Source of the DNA: Macrostomum lignano
Taxonomy: Eukaryota
Direction of reading: 5' to 3'
DNA length: 64,000 bases
Assembly: GCA_002269645.1 (NCBI GenBank)
Contig: NIVC01000615.1
Span: forward strand, 124,001-188,000
Position 1 is the stretch's first letter. Every line of letters starts with the position of its first letter. The translations under genes were made by a program, and so were the position numbers. Below the pieces are notes generated by a model, which was given only the letters and a program-made list of their open reading frames with translations, did not search any database and was not told the origin of the DNA. Of the stretch, positions 33,301 to 59,010 are shown one piece after another.

Positions 33301-36300
33301 TCTTAAGCTCATTGCCCGCTGGAATTGCTTGACGCTTTCTGTTAATCTTCGATTCATTAGATTTTCTTTGAGTCAGTCCCTTCTGTCTCCTCGTCTCCCT
33401 TCTGTCTCCTCGTCTCCCTTCTGTCTCCTCGTCTCCCTTCTGTCTCCTCGTCTCCCTCTCTGTCTCCTCGTCTCCCTTCTGTCTCCTCGTCTCCCTTCTG
33501 TCTCCTCGTCTCCCTTCTGTCTCCTCGTCTCCCTTCTGTCTCCTCGTCTCCCTTCTGTCTCCTCGTCTCCCTCTCTGTCTCCTCGTCTCCCTTCTGTCTC
33601 CTCGTCTCCCTTCTGTCTCCTCGTCTCCCTCTCTGTCTCCTTGTCTCCCTTCTGTCTCCTCGTCTCCCTCTCTGTCTCCTTGTCTCCCTTCTGTCTCCTC
33701 GTCTCCCTCTCTGTCTCCTTGTCTCCCTTCTGTCTCCTCGTCTCCCTCTCTGTCTCCTCGTCTCCCTTCTGTCTCCTCGTCTCCCTTCTGTCTCCTCGTC
33801 TCCCTTCTGTCTCCTCGTCTCCCTTCTGTCTCCTCGTCTCCCTTCTGTCTCCTCGTCTCCCTTCTGTCTCCTTGTCTCCCTCTCTGTCTCCTTGTCTCCC
33901 TGTCTGTCTCCTTGTCTCCCTCTCTGTCTCCTTGTCTCCCTGTCTGTCTCCTTGTCTCCCTCTCTATCTCCTTGTCTCCCTCTCTGTCTCCTTGTCTCCC
34001 TCTCTGTCTCCTTGTCTCCCTGTCTGTCTCCTTGTCTCCCTCTCTGTCTCCTTGTCTCCCTGTCTGTCTCCTTGTCTCCCTTCTGTCTCCTTGTCTCCCT
34101 GTCTGTCTCCTTGTCTCCCTCTCTGTCTCCTTGTCTCCCTCTCTGTCTCCTTGTCTCCCTCTCTGTCTCCTTGTCTCCCTCTCTGTCTCCTCGTCTCCCT
34201 TCTGTCTCCTCGTCTCCCTCTCTGTCTCCTTGTCTCCCTCTCTGTCTCCTTGTCTCCCTGTCTGTCTCCTTGTCTCCCTCTCTATCTCCTTGTCTCCCTC
34301 TCTGTCTCCTTGTCTCCCTCTCTGTCTCCTTGTCTCCCTGTCTGTCTCCTTGTCTCCCTCTCTGTCTCCTTGTCTCCCTGTCTGTCTCCTTGTCTCCCTC
34401 TCTGTCTCCTTGTCTCCCTCTCTGTCTCCTTGTCTCCCTCTCTGTCTCCTTGTCTCCCTCTCTGTCTCCTCGTCTCCCTCTCTGTCTCCTCGTCTCCCTC
34501 TCTGTCTCCTTGTCTCCCTCTCTGTCTCCTTATCTCCCTCTCTATCCCCTTATCTCCCTCTCTGTCTCCTTGTCTCCCTCTCTGTCTCCTTGTCTCCCTC
34601 TCTGTCTCGGACTTGTCTCCCTCTCTGTCTCCTTGACTCCCTCTCTATCTCCTGTCTCCCTCTCTATCCCCTTATCTCCCTCTCTGTCTCCTTGTCTCCC
34701 TCTCTATCCCCTTATCTCCCTCTCTGTCTCCTTGTCTCCCTCTCTGTCTCCTTGTCTCCCTCTCTATCCCCTTATCTCCCTCTCTGTCTCCTTGTCTCCC
34801 TCTCTGTCTCCTTGTCTCCCTCTCTGTCTCCTTGTCTCCCTCTCTGTCTCCTTGTCTCCCTCTCTGTCTCCTTATCTCCCTCTCTATCCCCTTATCTCCC
34901 TCTCTGTCTCCTTGTCTCCCTCTCTGTCTCCTTGTCTCCCTCTCTGTCTCCTTGTCTCCCTCTCTGTCTCGGACTTGTCTCCCTCTCTGTCTCCTTGACT
35001 CCCTCTCTATCTCCTGTCTCCCTCTCTATCCCCTTATCTCCCTCTCTGTCTCCTTGTCTCCCTCTCTATCCCCTTATCTCCCTTCTGTCTCCTTGTCTCC
35101 CTCTCTGTCTCCTTGTCTCCCTCTCTATCCCCTTATCTCCCTCTCTGTCTCCTTGTCTCCCTCTCTGTCTCCTTGTCTCCCTCTCTGTCTCCTTGTCTCC
35201 CTCTCTGTCTCCTTGTCTCCCTCTCTGTCTCCTTGTCTCCCTATCTGTCTCCTTGTCTCCCTCTCTGTCTCCTTGTCTCCTTCTCTGTCTCCTTGTCTCC
35301 CTCTCTGTCTCCTTGTCTCCTTCTCTGTCTCCTTGTCTCTCTCTCTGTCTCCTTATCTCCCTCTCTGTATCTTAGTCCCCCTCTCTGTCTCCTTGTCTCC
35401 CTCTCTGTCTCCTTGTCTCCCTCTCTGTCTCCTTGACTCCCTCTCTATCTCCTGTCTCCCTCTCTATCCCCTTATCTCCCTCTCTGTCTCCTTGTCTCCC
35501 TCTCTATCCCCTTATCTCCCTCTCTGTATCTTAGTCTCCCTCTCTGTCTCCTTGTCTCCCTCTCTGTCTCCTTGTCTCCCTCTCTGTCTCGGACTTGTCT
35601 CCCTCTCTGTCTCCTTGACTCCCTCTCTATCTCCTGTCTCCCTCTCTATCCCCTTATCTCCCTCTCTGTCTCCTTGTCTCCCTCTCTATCCCCTTATCTC
35701 CCTCTCTGTATCTTAGTCTCCCTCTCTGTCTCCTTGTCTCCCTCTCTGTCTCCTTGTCTCCCTCTCTGTCTCCTTATCTCCCTCTATATCCCCTTATCTC
35801 CCTCTCTGTCTCCTTGTCTCCCTCTCTGTCTCCTTGTCTCCCTCTCTGTCTCCTTGTCTCCCTCTCTGTCTCGGACTTGTCTCCCTCTCTGTCTCCTTGA
35901 CTCCCTCTCTATCTCCTGTCTCCCTCTCTATCCCCTTATCTCCCTCTCTGTCTCCTTGTCTCCCTCTCTATCCCCTTATCTCCCTCTCTGTATCTTAGTC
36001 TCCCTCTCTGTCTCCTTGTCTCCCTCTCTGTCTCCTTGTCTCCCTCTCTGTCTCCTTGTCTCCCTCTCTATCCCTTATCTCACTCTCTGTATCTTAGTCT
36101 CCCTCTCTGTCTCCTTGTCTCCCTCTCTGTCTCCTTGTCTCCCTCTCTGTCTCCTTGTCTCCCTCTCTATCCCCTTATCTCCCTCTCTGTCTCCTTATCT
36201 CCCTCTCTATCCCCTTATCTCCCTCTCTGTCTCCTTGTCTCCCTCTCTGTCTCCTTATCTCCCTCTCTATCCCCTTATCTCCCTCTCTGTCTCCTTGTCT

Positions 36301-39300
36301 CCCTCTCTATCCCCTTATCTCCCTCTCTGTCTCCTTGTCTCCCTCTCTATCCCCTTATCTCCCTCTCTGTCTCCTTGTCTCCCTCTCTATCCCCTTATCT
36401 CCCTCTCTGTCTCCTTGTCTCCCTCTGACAACTAGATTGCAAGCTTGTAGTCTTGTCGATGCCAAGCTGCACAAGCTGAAGGCTTTTAATTAGAAGAATG
36501 CAAATAACACAAGCCATCAGTGTGCAGGTAGTTAACCAGGTCAGAACGGCTTTGAACGCGAGTCAGCAAAGCGATTCGCATAGAAGAAAAGATTACATAG
36601 GAATGGGACGAAATTATGCACAGAAACCTCTGTGAGACTCTATCCGAGATTATGGGATCTATACGCAGGCGGCTTCATCTGAAACCCGAGGCTGAGAGGC
36701 TGGGGCGCAAGAGGAAGGAAATGCAGAGGCGAGGGTGTTGAGCGCGCAAGCTGCAGGGCTCATGAAAGGGATTTTTCGAGGGGGAAGCGCGCCTTTACGC
36801 GAATATAAGTCCCGAAAAGTGCATCGCCAAACATCGCTGTAATATTTGAGTCATGCTCGGGCTCTGCATCAACTCAAGTCGCTGAAGCATGTTTTCTTCG
36901 ATTGGGGAGACTGGAACGTGTTGAATCCGTTGTTCAATGTTGACCTATAAATAGCCTACTTTGATTGATGTACTTTATAATGCTGAACTGGGACAATGGG
37001 AATAAGCTGACAAATTCATTTTAATTATACTTTCATTGAAACTATTGTGACCTTGAACTTTGAATTGGCGCCTCTTTTAAATGCTTTTTGAATTGGCGCC
37101 TCTTTTAGATTTTTTTTAAATTGGCGCCTCTTCTAGATCTTTTAAAGTGCCACCTTTTTGATTTTTTGAATTGGCGTCTGCTGTAGTTCATTTTTAATTA
37201 GAGTTTTATGCAATAGTTGGTCGCGGGTTCGAGTCGCGGATGACAAAAATTAGAATCACACTCACTGTTAATTAAAACAAACTTTTCTTCCCGGGCTATT
37301 CTTTCGCTGATTTCGTTATCGTGACGTCAACTAAAATGTGGTTCTGAGTTGGGGAGGAAGCAGGAAGACAGGCAGGTGTCTCTAATTACTCTGTCCGACT
37401 CCACAATCCACACCTGTTGCTGTCCCAACATAGGACCGACCCACCTCACACACCCCTTTGTAGGGTTTTAATCCGTCCACACCTGAAAACACTGGCTGTG
37501 AAGTTCTTGAACTCAAGTTCTCGGGGGGAGGGGATGTGCGGGTAGCGAGTGCTTTCCTATGGGTCTGAACTGTAGGTCGCTTTATATGCTGCCTGCTCTC
37601 GCTTTTTATCTACGTATTCACTTCACCTCTCCTCTTTTTACCTGTCTATCGCTGTCATTCTTGTGTCTACTGTATCCTCTCCCTCTCTCCCTCTCCCCCT
37701 CTCTCCCTCTCCCCCTCTCTCCCTCTCTCCCTCTCCCCCTCTCTCCCTTTCTTCCTCTCTCCCTCTCTCCCTCTCTCCCTCTCTCCCTCTCTCCCTCTCT
37801 CCCTCTCTCCCTCTCTCCCTCTCTCCCTCTCTCCCTCTCTCCCTCTCTCCCTCTCTCCCTCTCTCCCTCTCTCCCTCTCTCCCTCTCTCCCTCTTTCCCT
37901 CTCTCCCTCTCTCCCTCTCTCCCTCTATCTCTCTCTCCCTGTCTCTCTGTCTCCCTCTCTCCCTCTCTCCCTTTCTCCCTCTCTCCCTCTCTCCCTGTCT
38001 CCCTCTCTCCCTCCCTCTCCTCTCTCTCCCCCTCTCGCTCTCTTTCTCTCTCTCGCTCTCCCTCTCCTTGTCTCCCTCTCTCCCTGTCTCCCTGTCTCTC
38101 TTGAGAGGCTTGAAACCGGTAGCCCATATTAAATTAATTAGTCTTTTGATTTTTTTAAACACGCCGTGACCTCTCTTCTCTCTCTCTCTACCTCTCTCCC
38201 TCTCTTCCTCTCTCCCTGTCTCTCTGTCTCTCTATCCCTCTCTCCGTAAATCCATCCCTACCTATATCCGTCACTCCCTCTATCCTTCTCTCCTCTTCTC
38301 CCTATATCTTCTCTATCCTTTCCTTCCTCCCTTGACTTGAAAATAAAAAAATCGACTTCATCCTCACATCATCGTCCATCCCACTTCCTTGATGAGCTGG
38401 CCGCAGAGCACAGGCTGTTTTCGTGCTGTCTTTTCATCTGCCTTTTAGAGGCCTTAACTTTGATTGAATTTGTTTTTATCTGCTCACACAGAGACTCCTG
38501 ATATGGCTGCGTTTGAATTTTTTCTTTAATCAAAAATCTTACTCTTTTTCAGATTCTATCTTAGAATGTCAGCTTTCTCAGTGTATAATCTCACCCCTCG
38601 TGTCTCAGAATCTCCGCTTTTTTTCTGTGTCTAATCTCACTCCTCGTGTCTTAGAATTTCAACTCCCTCTTTGGATCTAATCTCATCCCTCGTGTCTCAG
38701 AATCTCCGCTTTTTTCTGTGTCTAATCTCACCCCTCGTGTCTCAGAATCTCCGTTTTTTTCTGTGTCTAATCTCACTCCTCGTGTCTTAGAATCTCAACT
38801 CCCACTTTGGATCTAATCTCACTGCTTGTGTCTCAGATTCTAATCTTTCTCTCAGTGTCTTATCTCACCCCCGTGTCTCAGAATTTCATCTTTCTCTCAG
38901 TGTCATATTTCACCCCAGTGTCTCAGAATCTCCGCTTTTTTCTGTGTCTAATCTCACGCCTCGTGTCTTAGAATCTCATCCCCCTCAGTGTCTAATCTTA
39001 CTCTCCGTGTCTTAGAATCTCAACTCCCGCTTTGGATCTAATCTCACTCCTTGTGTCTCAGAATCTAATCTTTCTCTCAGTGTCTTATCTCACCCCGTGT
39101 CTCAGAATTTCATCTTTCTCTCAGTGTCTTATCTCACCCCAGTGTCTCAGAGTTTAATCTTTCTCTCAGTGTCTTTTCTCACCCCCGTGTCTCAGAATTT
39201 CATCTTTCTCTCAGTGTCTTATTTCACCCCAGTGTCTCAGAATCTCCGCTTTTTTCTGTGTCTAATCTCACGCCTCGTGTCTTAGAATCTCAACTTCCTC

Positions 39301-42300
39301 TTTGGATCTAATCTCACTCCTTGTGTCTCAGAATCTAATCTTTCTCTCAGTGTCTTATCTCACCCCCGTGTCTTAGAATCTTATATTTTCTCTAATCTCA
39401 CTCGCCTTAGCTTCCCTCTCCTTAGTCTAATCTCAATCATTGAATCGCACCTCCCCTTGGTCTAATCTCATCTCCGTTTAATCCTACTCTCACTATCCGT
39501 ATCTCCAATCTCATTGATCCACTCTCGCCCCTATTCTCCATTTACTAGGCCTTTCTCTATATCTCGCTTTTCGATTTTTTTCTTCATTTTTCTCATTTTT
39601 CCTCTGATGATTACAGTAGTTTGACTTTGAGATGCAGTGTTTGTCGTGGTGGCTCTGTGGGCAATTTATTAGATCTGAATTTGACTCTCGTTCGGCTTCC
39701 TGCCTGTGCTTATCTTTCTTCCTGTTTTCGTGCTGCTTTGCTTCAATTTTAATTAGATGGAGTTCCCGTGACTCGACGAAATCTGTTCTTATTATCAACA
39801 TGTTTTTGCTGAAATGATTAATCAATTAGATTTGGAGATATGAAGCTCTATCAACAATTATACAGAGGAAGTTGGTGTGTTGCGAAGAAAACAATTGCAC
39901 TTCCTAGTGACCGAAATAGCGAATAAACAAGTACATTTTATAATGAAAACAGATCGAGCTATATTTATACATGGAAAACCTTGACGTACTGTTGCTGATT
40001 AATTAGTTAAATAATTTATTTCTGATGTATTACCTAATCCATGGGTTGAATGACAAATTAATTCACTGATCGGCTTCTTGCTTAATTGACTTATTGGTTG
40101 ATTGATTGGTTGATTCGATAATTGGTTGGTTGATTGATCAATTGATGTTTTGATTGATTGATGTTTCGATTGATTGATTGATATTTTGATTGACTGATTG
40201 ATGTTTTGATTGATTGATGTTTTGATTGATTGATTGATTGATTGATTGACTGATTGATGTTTTGATTGATTGATTGATATTTTGATTGACTGATTGATGT
40301 TTTGATTGATTGATTGATTGATTGATGATGTTTTGGTTGATTGATTGATTGACTGATTGATGTTTTGATTGACTGATTGATGTTTTGATTGACTGATTGA
40401 TGTTTTGATTGACTGATTGATGTTTTAATTGACTGATTGATGTTTTGATTGACTGATTGATGTTTTGATTGACTGATTGATGTTTTGATTGACTGATTGA
40501 CTAATTGATTGGCTGATTGACTAATTGATTGGCTGATTGATTGATTAAATGATTGATTAACTGATTGATGGGCCCAAATCAATCGCATGAACTCCCGCTC
40601 CCTCAGAATCGATCATGGCCCTGCTGGAGCGCGACAAGCCCCCAGAAGTGGCTGGCTGTCGGGACTGGTCGAAGCGCTGCGCCAAAGCGTTCGGCGCCTC
40701 CACTTCGCTGTACGACCAGAACCCGCTGACCAAGCGGTTCACTGGCGACCCCATCGCCGACTCCTTCGCCGTGGTGGCTCGCCGAAACTGCGGCTTGCTG
40801 GCAATCGCCGACGGAGTGAACTGGGGCGAGAAGAGTCGCCTCGCTGCTCGAGCGGCCCTGCACGGCGCGGTGCGGCATCTCAACCGCTACCTGGCGTTGG
40901 GCGACGCCTTGCCAGACACCAATAAGGCTCTCTCGGTGCTTCTAGAAGCGTTCGTTGCTGCGCAGGCAAATATTCTGAGAATTGGTTCGTTCACTGACAA
41001 CATCTGGTTTCACTTTTTGCCCTTTTAACACTAATCAGACACTGTCAGACCCTAACTGAACCTCGTCAGACACTAATTAGACACTGTCAGACACTAATTA
41101 AAAGTTGTCAGTCACTAATTAAAAGTTGTCAGTCACTAATTAAAAGTTGTCAGTCACTAATTAAAAGTTGTCAGTCACTAATTGAAAGTTGTCAGTCACT
41201 AATTAAAAGTTGTCAGTCACTAATTAAAAGTTGTCAGACACTAATTAAAAGTTGTCAGACACTAATTTAACTAGTCAGACACAGAGTTAAAGTTCGATAC
41301 ACCCCCCTCACACAAGCAGGTGGCGGCCTGACAACCCTCAGCGTCGCCCTCGCCCTCCCACTCGCCGGAGCGGACCGATCGCCCCAGTTCGCCGTGACCT
41401 GCGTCAGCCTTGGCGACTCCCCAGTCTACCTCTGGTCGAAGACGAAAGGCCTTCGCGAGCTGACCGTGGGCTCCCACGACCTGTGCAAGGCGCGCGATAT
41501 GCGGGACGCCGGCGGGGCACTCGGCCCAGTCCACGGTGGCAAGGAGCCGGAGCTGCACAATCTCACCTGCGCTCTGACCATCTGCGACCCTGGCGACGTC
41601 CTGCTCCTGACCAGCGACGGAGTGTCGGACAACTTCGACCCCGTAGTGCAACGCCTGGCAGTGCCGTGGGACCCCGCCAAGCACTGCCAGGCCTCGGAGA
41701 ACGAGCCTCAGGACCGGCCTGCAATGCGACCGTCTGAGCGACATCAGTACGGTCTCAAACTGATGGAGCGAGTGCTGCTCGAACGAGAACTCGAGCTCAA
41801 CTCGGTGCCAAGCGCCCAAGACGTTTGCGAAGCTCTGATCGACTCGGTTCGAGCGACCACTCAGGCCCGACGAACTCTGCTAGAGGATCCGGCTAGGAGA
41901 GTTCGTGATGCCGGCAGGCGGCAGAGCTTAGCGGAGAAGCTGATGGCGCTTCCAGGGAAGCTGGATCACGCCACGGTTGTCGCGTACGAGGTCGGGCTCT
42001 ACCAAGGCGACGAGTTCGAGCTGTACGAAGAGACCGCAGCGCTGAGACCGGCGCCTCGAGCTCCGGTGCCGGGCGGCGGTAGGGGCCCCAGGGCGAGCGA
42101 CCTGGACTCTGGCTGTGCCTCGGACCCCGACTGCTGCAGATCTTCTGCCGGGCCCGCCGCGGCGAACGGCGTTCGGTCGGCGAGCAACTCGTCTGATAGG
42201 CGATGCAGCTGCTCGTTTGCGTGAGTGCGACAGCTCGCTTCGCTGGCGGTTGCTATGGGGAATCCTTGTCGTTGCTATGGGAAATTCTTGCCGTTGCTAT

Positions 42301-42828
42301 GGGGAGTCCTTGTGGATGCTACGGGACATCCTTGTCGTTGCTATGGGAAATCCTTGTCGTTGCTATGGGAAATCCTTGCCGTTGCTATGGGGAGTCCTTG
42401 TGGATGCTACGGGACATCCTTGTCGTTGCTATGGGAAATCCTTGTCGTTGCTATGGGAAATCCTTGCCGTTGCTATGGGGAGTCCTTGTGGATGCTACGG
42501 GACATCCTTGTCGTTGCTATGGGAAATCCTTGCCGTTGCTATGGGGAATCCTTGTCGTTGCTATGAGGGATCCTTATCGTTGCTTTTGGGGAATCCTTGC
42601 CGTCGCTATGGGGAATCCTTGTCGTTGCTATGGTTAATCCTTGCTGTTGCTATTATACTATTAACAATTTCAGTTGCCATAGTAACAAGCACAATCATTA
42701 AAACAAACTAGTAATCTCGCAGCGTATAATTAGCAAATTATAATTCAACCTTACTGGTTTATTTCAGACCCGAGTCACTGTCCGACATCGAGTTCGCAGA
42801 CACAGACTCCGACTGCGTGATGGAGTAA
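30376..42828 (+). CDS. PP2C-like (PPM-type) domain protein, Drosophila CG9801-like, ~539 aa in 5 exons
   Basis: Exons 30376-30443, 30540-30751, 40607-40984, 41320-42220, 42768-42828; all GT-AG with matching phases (2,1,1,2), total 1620 nt. Motifs [60 protein letters not shown]. Exons 3-4 are secure; exons 1-2 are joined on phase only. Confidence 0.8.
30783..32375. repeat. 22-23-bp minisatellite (CCCCCATACAGAACACAATGAC)n, with diverged CCCCTTTCTAGAACACACTGA tail and a ~190-bp local duplication to ~32833
   Basis: Starts ~30 bp after the donor at 30752; length variation is confined to the C run. Confidence 0.95.
33378..36425. repeat. 19-20-bp CT-rich minisatellite (CTCTCTGTCTCCTTGTCTCC), ~3 kb
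   Basis: Direct inspection; variant blocks (TCGGACTTG) repeat at higher order. Confidence 0.95.
37068..37160. repeat. Short degenerate repeat with AATTGGCGCCTCTT core x3-4
   Basis: Direct inspection. Confidence 0.7.
37678..38100. repeat. (CTCTCTCC)n octamer repeat
   Basis: Direct inspection. Confidence 0.92.
38570..39400. repeat. ~37-bp degenerate minisatellite (CTCAGAATCT...TGTCTAATCTCACCCC)
   Basis: Recurring GTGTCTCAGAAT and TAATCTCAC motifs. Confidence 0.85.
40092..40568. repeat. (ATTG)n-based microsatellite ending ~40 bp before the PP2C-like exon 3 acceptor
   Basis: Direct inspection. Confidence 0.92.
41030..41280. repeat. 21-bp minisatellite (CAGTCACTAATTAAAAGTTGT) filling intron 40985-41319
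   Basis: Direct inspection. Confidence 0.92.
42245..42640. repeat. 22-bp minisatellite (GGGAATCCTTGCCGTTGCTATG) filling intron 42221-42767
   Basis: Direct inspection; same family as 44620-45210. Confidence 0.92.
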
Positions 42829-43139
42829 CTTAGCTGTGGGCGACAAATGATGTTAAGTAAACAAATATTTGAAGTATTTATGCAACATTTTTCGATGATA
42901 CGAGTATGCTGTTCGTATTAATTTTGATGTCAGTGTATAAAAAATTTGGCAATTTGCATCACACTCTACTAGCGCCATGTTTGTCAGTAGTGTAGTTTGC
43001 GCACGCATTCCAGTTTTTGGTCTCCCGCATAAATTGTTCAATGTTTATCGTAGATTTTATCAGCGCATCGTTTTGAATTTTGCCAAAAATTTGTCACTGC
43101 CCAAATTTAACACTACCTTTAAACTCCAAAACTATAAAT

Positions 43140-43960
43140 CTCTAAAACTACCTAATCCCAAAAACTAGCAAATCCTGAAAACTACCAAATCCTAAAATCT
43201 AGCAAATCTCAAAAACTACCAAATCCTAAAATCTACCGAATCTCAAAATCTACCAAATCCTATTATCTACTGAATCCCAAAAACTACCAAATCCCAAAAA
43301 GCTACAAAATCCCAGAAACTATACCAGATCCAAAAACTACAAAATCTTAGAAACTACCAGACCCAAAAACTACCAAATCCTAAAATCTACCAAATCCTAA
43401 AATCTACCACATCTCAGAAACTACCAAATCCTAAAATCTACCAAATCTCAAAAACTACCAAATCCTAAAATTTACCAAATCTAAAAAACTACCAAATCTC
43501 AAAAACTACCAACTCCTAAAACTTACCAAATCTCAAAAACTACCAAATCTCAAAAACTACCAAATCTCAAAAACTACCAAATCCTAAAATCTAGCAAATC
43601 TCAAAAACTACCAAATCCTAAAATCTACAAAATCTCAAAAACTACCAAATCCTAAAATTTACCAAATCTCAAAAACTACCAAATCCTAAAATCTACCAGA
43701 TCTCAAAAACTACCAAATCCTAAAATCTACCAAATCTCAAAAACTACCAAATCCTAAAATCTACCAGATCTCAAAAACTATCAAATCCTAAAATCTAGCA
43801 AATCTCAAAAACTACCAAATCCTAAAATCTACCAAATCTCAAAAACTACCAAATCCTAAAATCTAGCAAATCTCAAAAACTACCAAATCCTAAAATCTAC
43901 CAGATCTCAAAAGCTACCAAATCTCAAAAACTACCGAATTCCAAAAACTACTAATTCCAG
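43140..43960. repeat. 17-bp AC-rich minisatellite alternating CTACCAAATCCTAAAAT / CTACCAAATCTCAAAAA (34-bp dimer)
   Basis: Direct inspection. Confidence 0.92.
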
Positions 43961-44619
43961 CTATTCCCGACCAAAGTAATCAGGTGCTTCATTAATTTGA
44001 CCCAGAAAGTGTCCTGGAGTGAACCGTTTTGTTTAAAATAATTTTTCTTAACACATTTCTATGTTGTGCTAGACAGCACGATTGGTTTTAACAAAAAATT
44101 TTTTTACCACAGAATTGTTTCAAAGTTGTCAGACTGTAAATTGTTCATTCTTAGCCTATTAAGAATTTTCTGTCATATTGAACTGTTCTCAAAGAATAAT
44201 TATCTAGTCAAAAATACGTCTCTCAGCGTGTTTAATCATCACATTTTATCTTGCATATTTTCCTGGCCACTTCTTTATTCGAGCCCAGATATTGCAGACA
44301 AGTTTTTGCTGTTTTCTGTCAACTTATTTAGCAAATGTAAGTTTTTTGTGACCCTGTATGTAGTAATGCTTTTCTGCTTTTGCTGTCTCTCGGTGGCCTG
44401 TCTGTCAGTCTGTCAGTGTCTGGCCTGTCTTTTTTGCAGAATCAATTGGATTCTAAAACTGATTTTGCGTTGAAAAAGTGAAAAGAATTTAAAGAAGTCC
44501 GGAATGGCAGACTAGAAGCTGATTTCGATCAAAGTTTTAGGAACAAATTTTTTGTTTTGATGCAGAACTGTTTTGAATGATTGAATTCTTATCATTGTTA
44601 ACAGAGTCTATAATTGGAA

Positions 44620-45210
44620 TCTGGCCGTTGCCATGGGCGATCTTTGCCATCGCCATGGGGAATCCTTGCCGTTGTTATGGAGAATCCTTGCCGTTGCTAT
44701 GGGGAATCCTTGCCGTTGCTATGGGGAATCCTTGCCGTTGCTATGGGAATCCTTGCCGTTACTATGGGGAATCCTTGCCGTTGCTATGGGGAATCCTTGC
44801 CGTTGCTATCGAGAATTTCTTGCCATTGCTATAAGGGATTCTTGCCGTTTCTATGGGGAATATTTTCCGTTGCTATGGGGAGTCTTTGCCGTTGTTATGG
44901 GGAGTCCTTGCCGTTGCTTTGGAGAATCCTTGCCATAAAAATATGGAATCCTTTCCGTTGCTATGGGGAATTTCTTGCCATTACTGAGGGATTCTTGCCG
45001 TTACTATGGGGAATCCTTGCCGTTGCTATGGGGAATCCTTGCCGTTGTTATGGAGAATCCTTGCTGTTGCTATGGGAAATCCTTGCCGTTGTTATGGAGA
45101 ATCCTTGCCGTTGCTATGGGGAATCCTTGCCGTTGTTATGGAGAATCCTTGCTGTTGCTATGGGAAATCCTTGTCATTTCTATGGGGAATCCTTGCGATT
45201 GCTATCGAAA
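44620..45210. repeat. Second array of the 22-bp GGGAATCCTTGCCGTTGCTATG family, same orientation
   Basis: Unit identical to 42245-42640. Confidence 0.92.
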
Positions 45211-45924
45211 AACATTGATAATTTTAACAACTAATAACTAAACTCGGCAAATTATTAAATTTACTTTCTCTAATCAGAAACGTTAACTGCCTTTTTTTAA
45301 ACAGTTCTATCAAAACCAGCTCATCATATATGACTTGAGAGACTTAGAATCAAACGATGTTGTACAAACAGCTGAAATAGAATTATAAGAATTCGTTCAA
45401 CTTAATAAATATTAGCTTCGGTGACCAGCACAAGCATTCATAACACTGCTTGTTAGATATGCCTAAAAAGACAGACAGACAGGCATACAATCATGCTGCA
45501 GAATGTGTCAGGGTTAAAAATCAGTTTTTTTAATCTTCTTGCTTTTCTTTCAAAGAAGACATTAAAAGAAAAATAAATTAATGTTCCAATCTGATATTAA
45601 CCATCAAGCTGGATTTAATGTTGAAAACTCTTTGACTTTAAGACACGGGTGTAAATCTTTCCTCTGAGTTTCGCATTGTCAGGCACTGTACACTGTGTTT
45701 TTGGGAGGCTCCAGAATGATTGAGGAAATGAAAAAAGTCATTTCAAGAGCTGAATTGATAAGTTGAAAGTGACAGTCAGGGTTTGCATGTAGTTTAATAA
45801 GTTTTTTCAAGTATTTTCCCCATAAAAGTTGTTTACGTGCCTATGGAAAGTACAGATTATCCACAGGCTACGGCTAATCACTGCAGATCAAAATTACTGC
45901 CTGACATGAGGAGAAAATATGCAA

Positions 45925-46580
45925 CATGGGATGACAGAAGGTGACAAAGGGTGACAGGGGGTGACAGAGGCCGTGACAGAGAGGGACCGAGGGTGACAGG
46001 GAATCATAGAGGGTGACAAGGAATCATAGAGGGTGACAGGGAAGCATAGAGGGTGACAGGGAGTCATAGAGGGTGACAAGGAATCATAGAGGGTGACAGG
46101 GAGTCATAGAAGGTGACAGGGAATCATAGAGGGTGATAGGGAATCATAGAGGGTGACAGGGAAGCATAGAGGGTGACAGAGAAGCATAGAGGGTGATAGG
46201 GAATCATAGAGGGTGACAGGGAAGCATAGAGGGTGACAGAGAAGCATAGAGGGTGACAGGGAAGCATAGAGGGTGACAGAGAAGCATAGAGGGTGACAGG
46301 GAATCATAGAGGGTGACAGGGAGTCATAGAAGGTGACAGGGAATCATAGAGGGTGACAGGGAATCATAGAGGGTGACAAGGAATCATAGAGGGTGACAGG
46401 GAGTCATAGAGGGTGACAGAGAATCATAGAAGGTGACAGGGAAGCATAGAGGGTGACAGGGAATCATAGAGGGTGACAGGGAGTCATAGAGGGTGACAGG
46501 GAGTCATAGAGGGTGACAGGGAGTCATAGAGGGTGACAGAGAATCATAGAAGGTGACAGGGAAGCATAGAGGGTGACAGA
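45925..46580. repeat. 20-bp minisatellite (GAGGGTGACAGGGAATCATA)
   Basis: Direct inspection. Confidence 0.93.
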
Positions 46581-47159
46581 AGATCACAGAGGGGCTGAAA
46601 AATGGCAGCCCAGTGGGGAGAAATGAGAATCGAGAGACAGAGTGAAAGGAACTTAACCTAATGCATAAATATATAACATGCAAGTTAGGGACACACGGCA
46701 TCAAAATTATAGTACATGTTACTCAGCCGCAAATCAGACAGATAATTTATCGTCCAATTTCCGAAAATCAAGGCTCCGCTAAAGTATGCTTGACAATAAA
46801 AAACTGACTTACATCTGCCCGTATACTCAGCTGTTATTCTGATCATCTAATTTCTCCCTCAAGAGTCGTTTATAAAGTAGGTAATTTAACTTCGGCTGGC
46901 GGGTTATCAGGCGAAGGAGGGAGAGCCAGAGAGCGAGCCATGAGCAGAGACAGCAGACGGGCCAATCTGACTGGCTGGGAGCTGAGAGGAAATGAGGCAA
47001 AGCCGCCATCGGCATCAGGGAGTCTGAGACTGCAGCGCTCAAGATCTCTTGGGACAAATCTCGAATCGCTCTGATCCCCTTAGATTTCGGCAGATAATTT
47101 GATCTTAGATCTGGCTTCGCGTGCAACTGATAACTAAAAAATACCGAAGAAAGCAGCCA

Positions 47160-58950
<11,791 letters not shown>

Positions 58951-59010
58951 AGGTAGCCAAGCCTGAATTGCTTTTAATCCTCTTTTTTTCTAGCTGCTCT
59001 CAAATATTTT

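Noticed and set aside
30531-36493. Multiple 100-600 aa ORFs in the 22-bp and CT-rich arrays
   Set aside because: Translations of intronic minisatellites in several overlapping frames.
37221-37240. tRNA B-box-like GGTTCGAGTC in a small hairpin
   Set aside because: No A-box, cloverleaf or SINE body recognisable.
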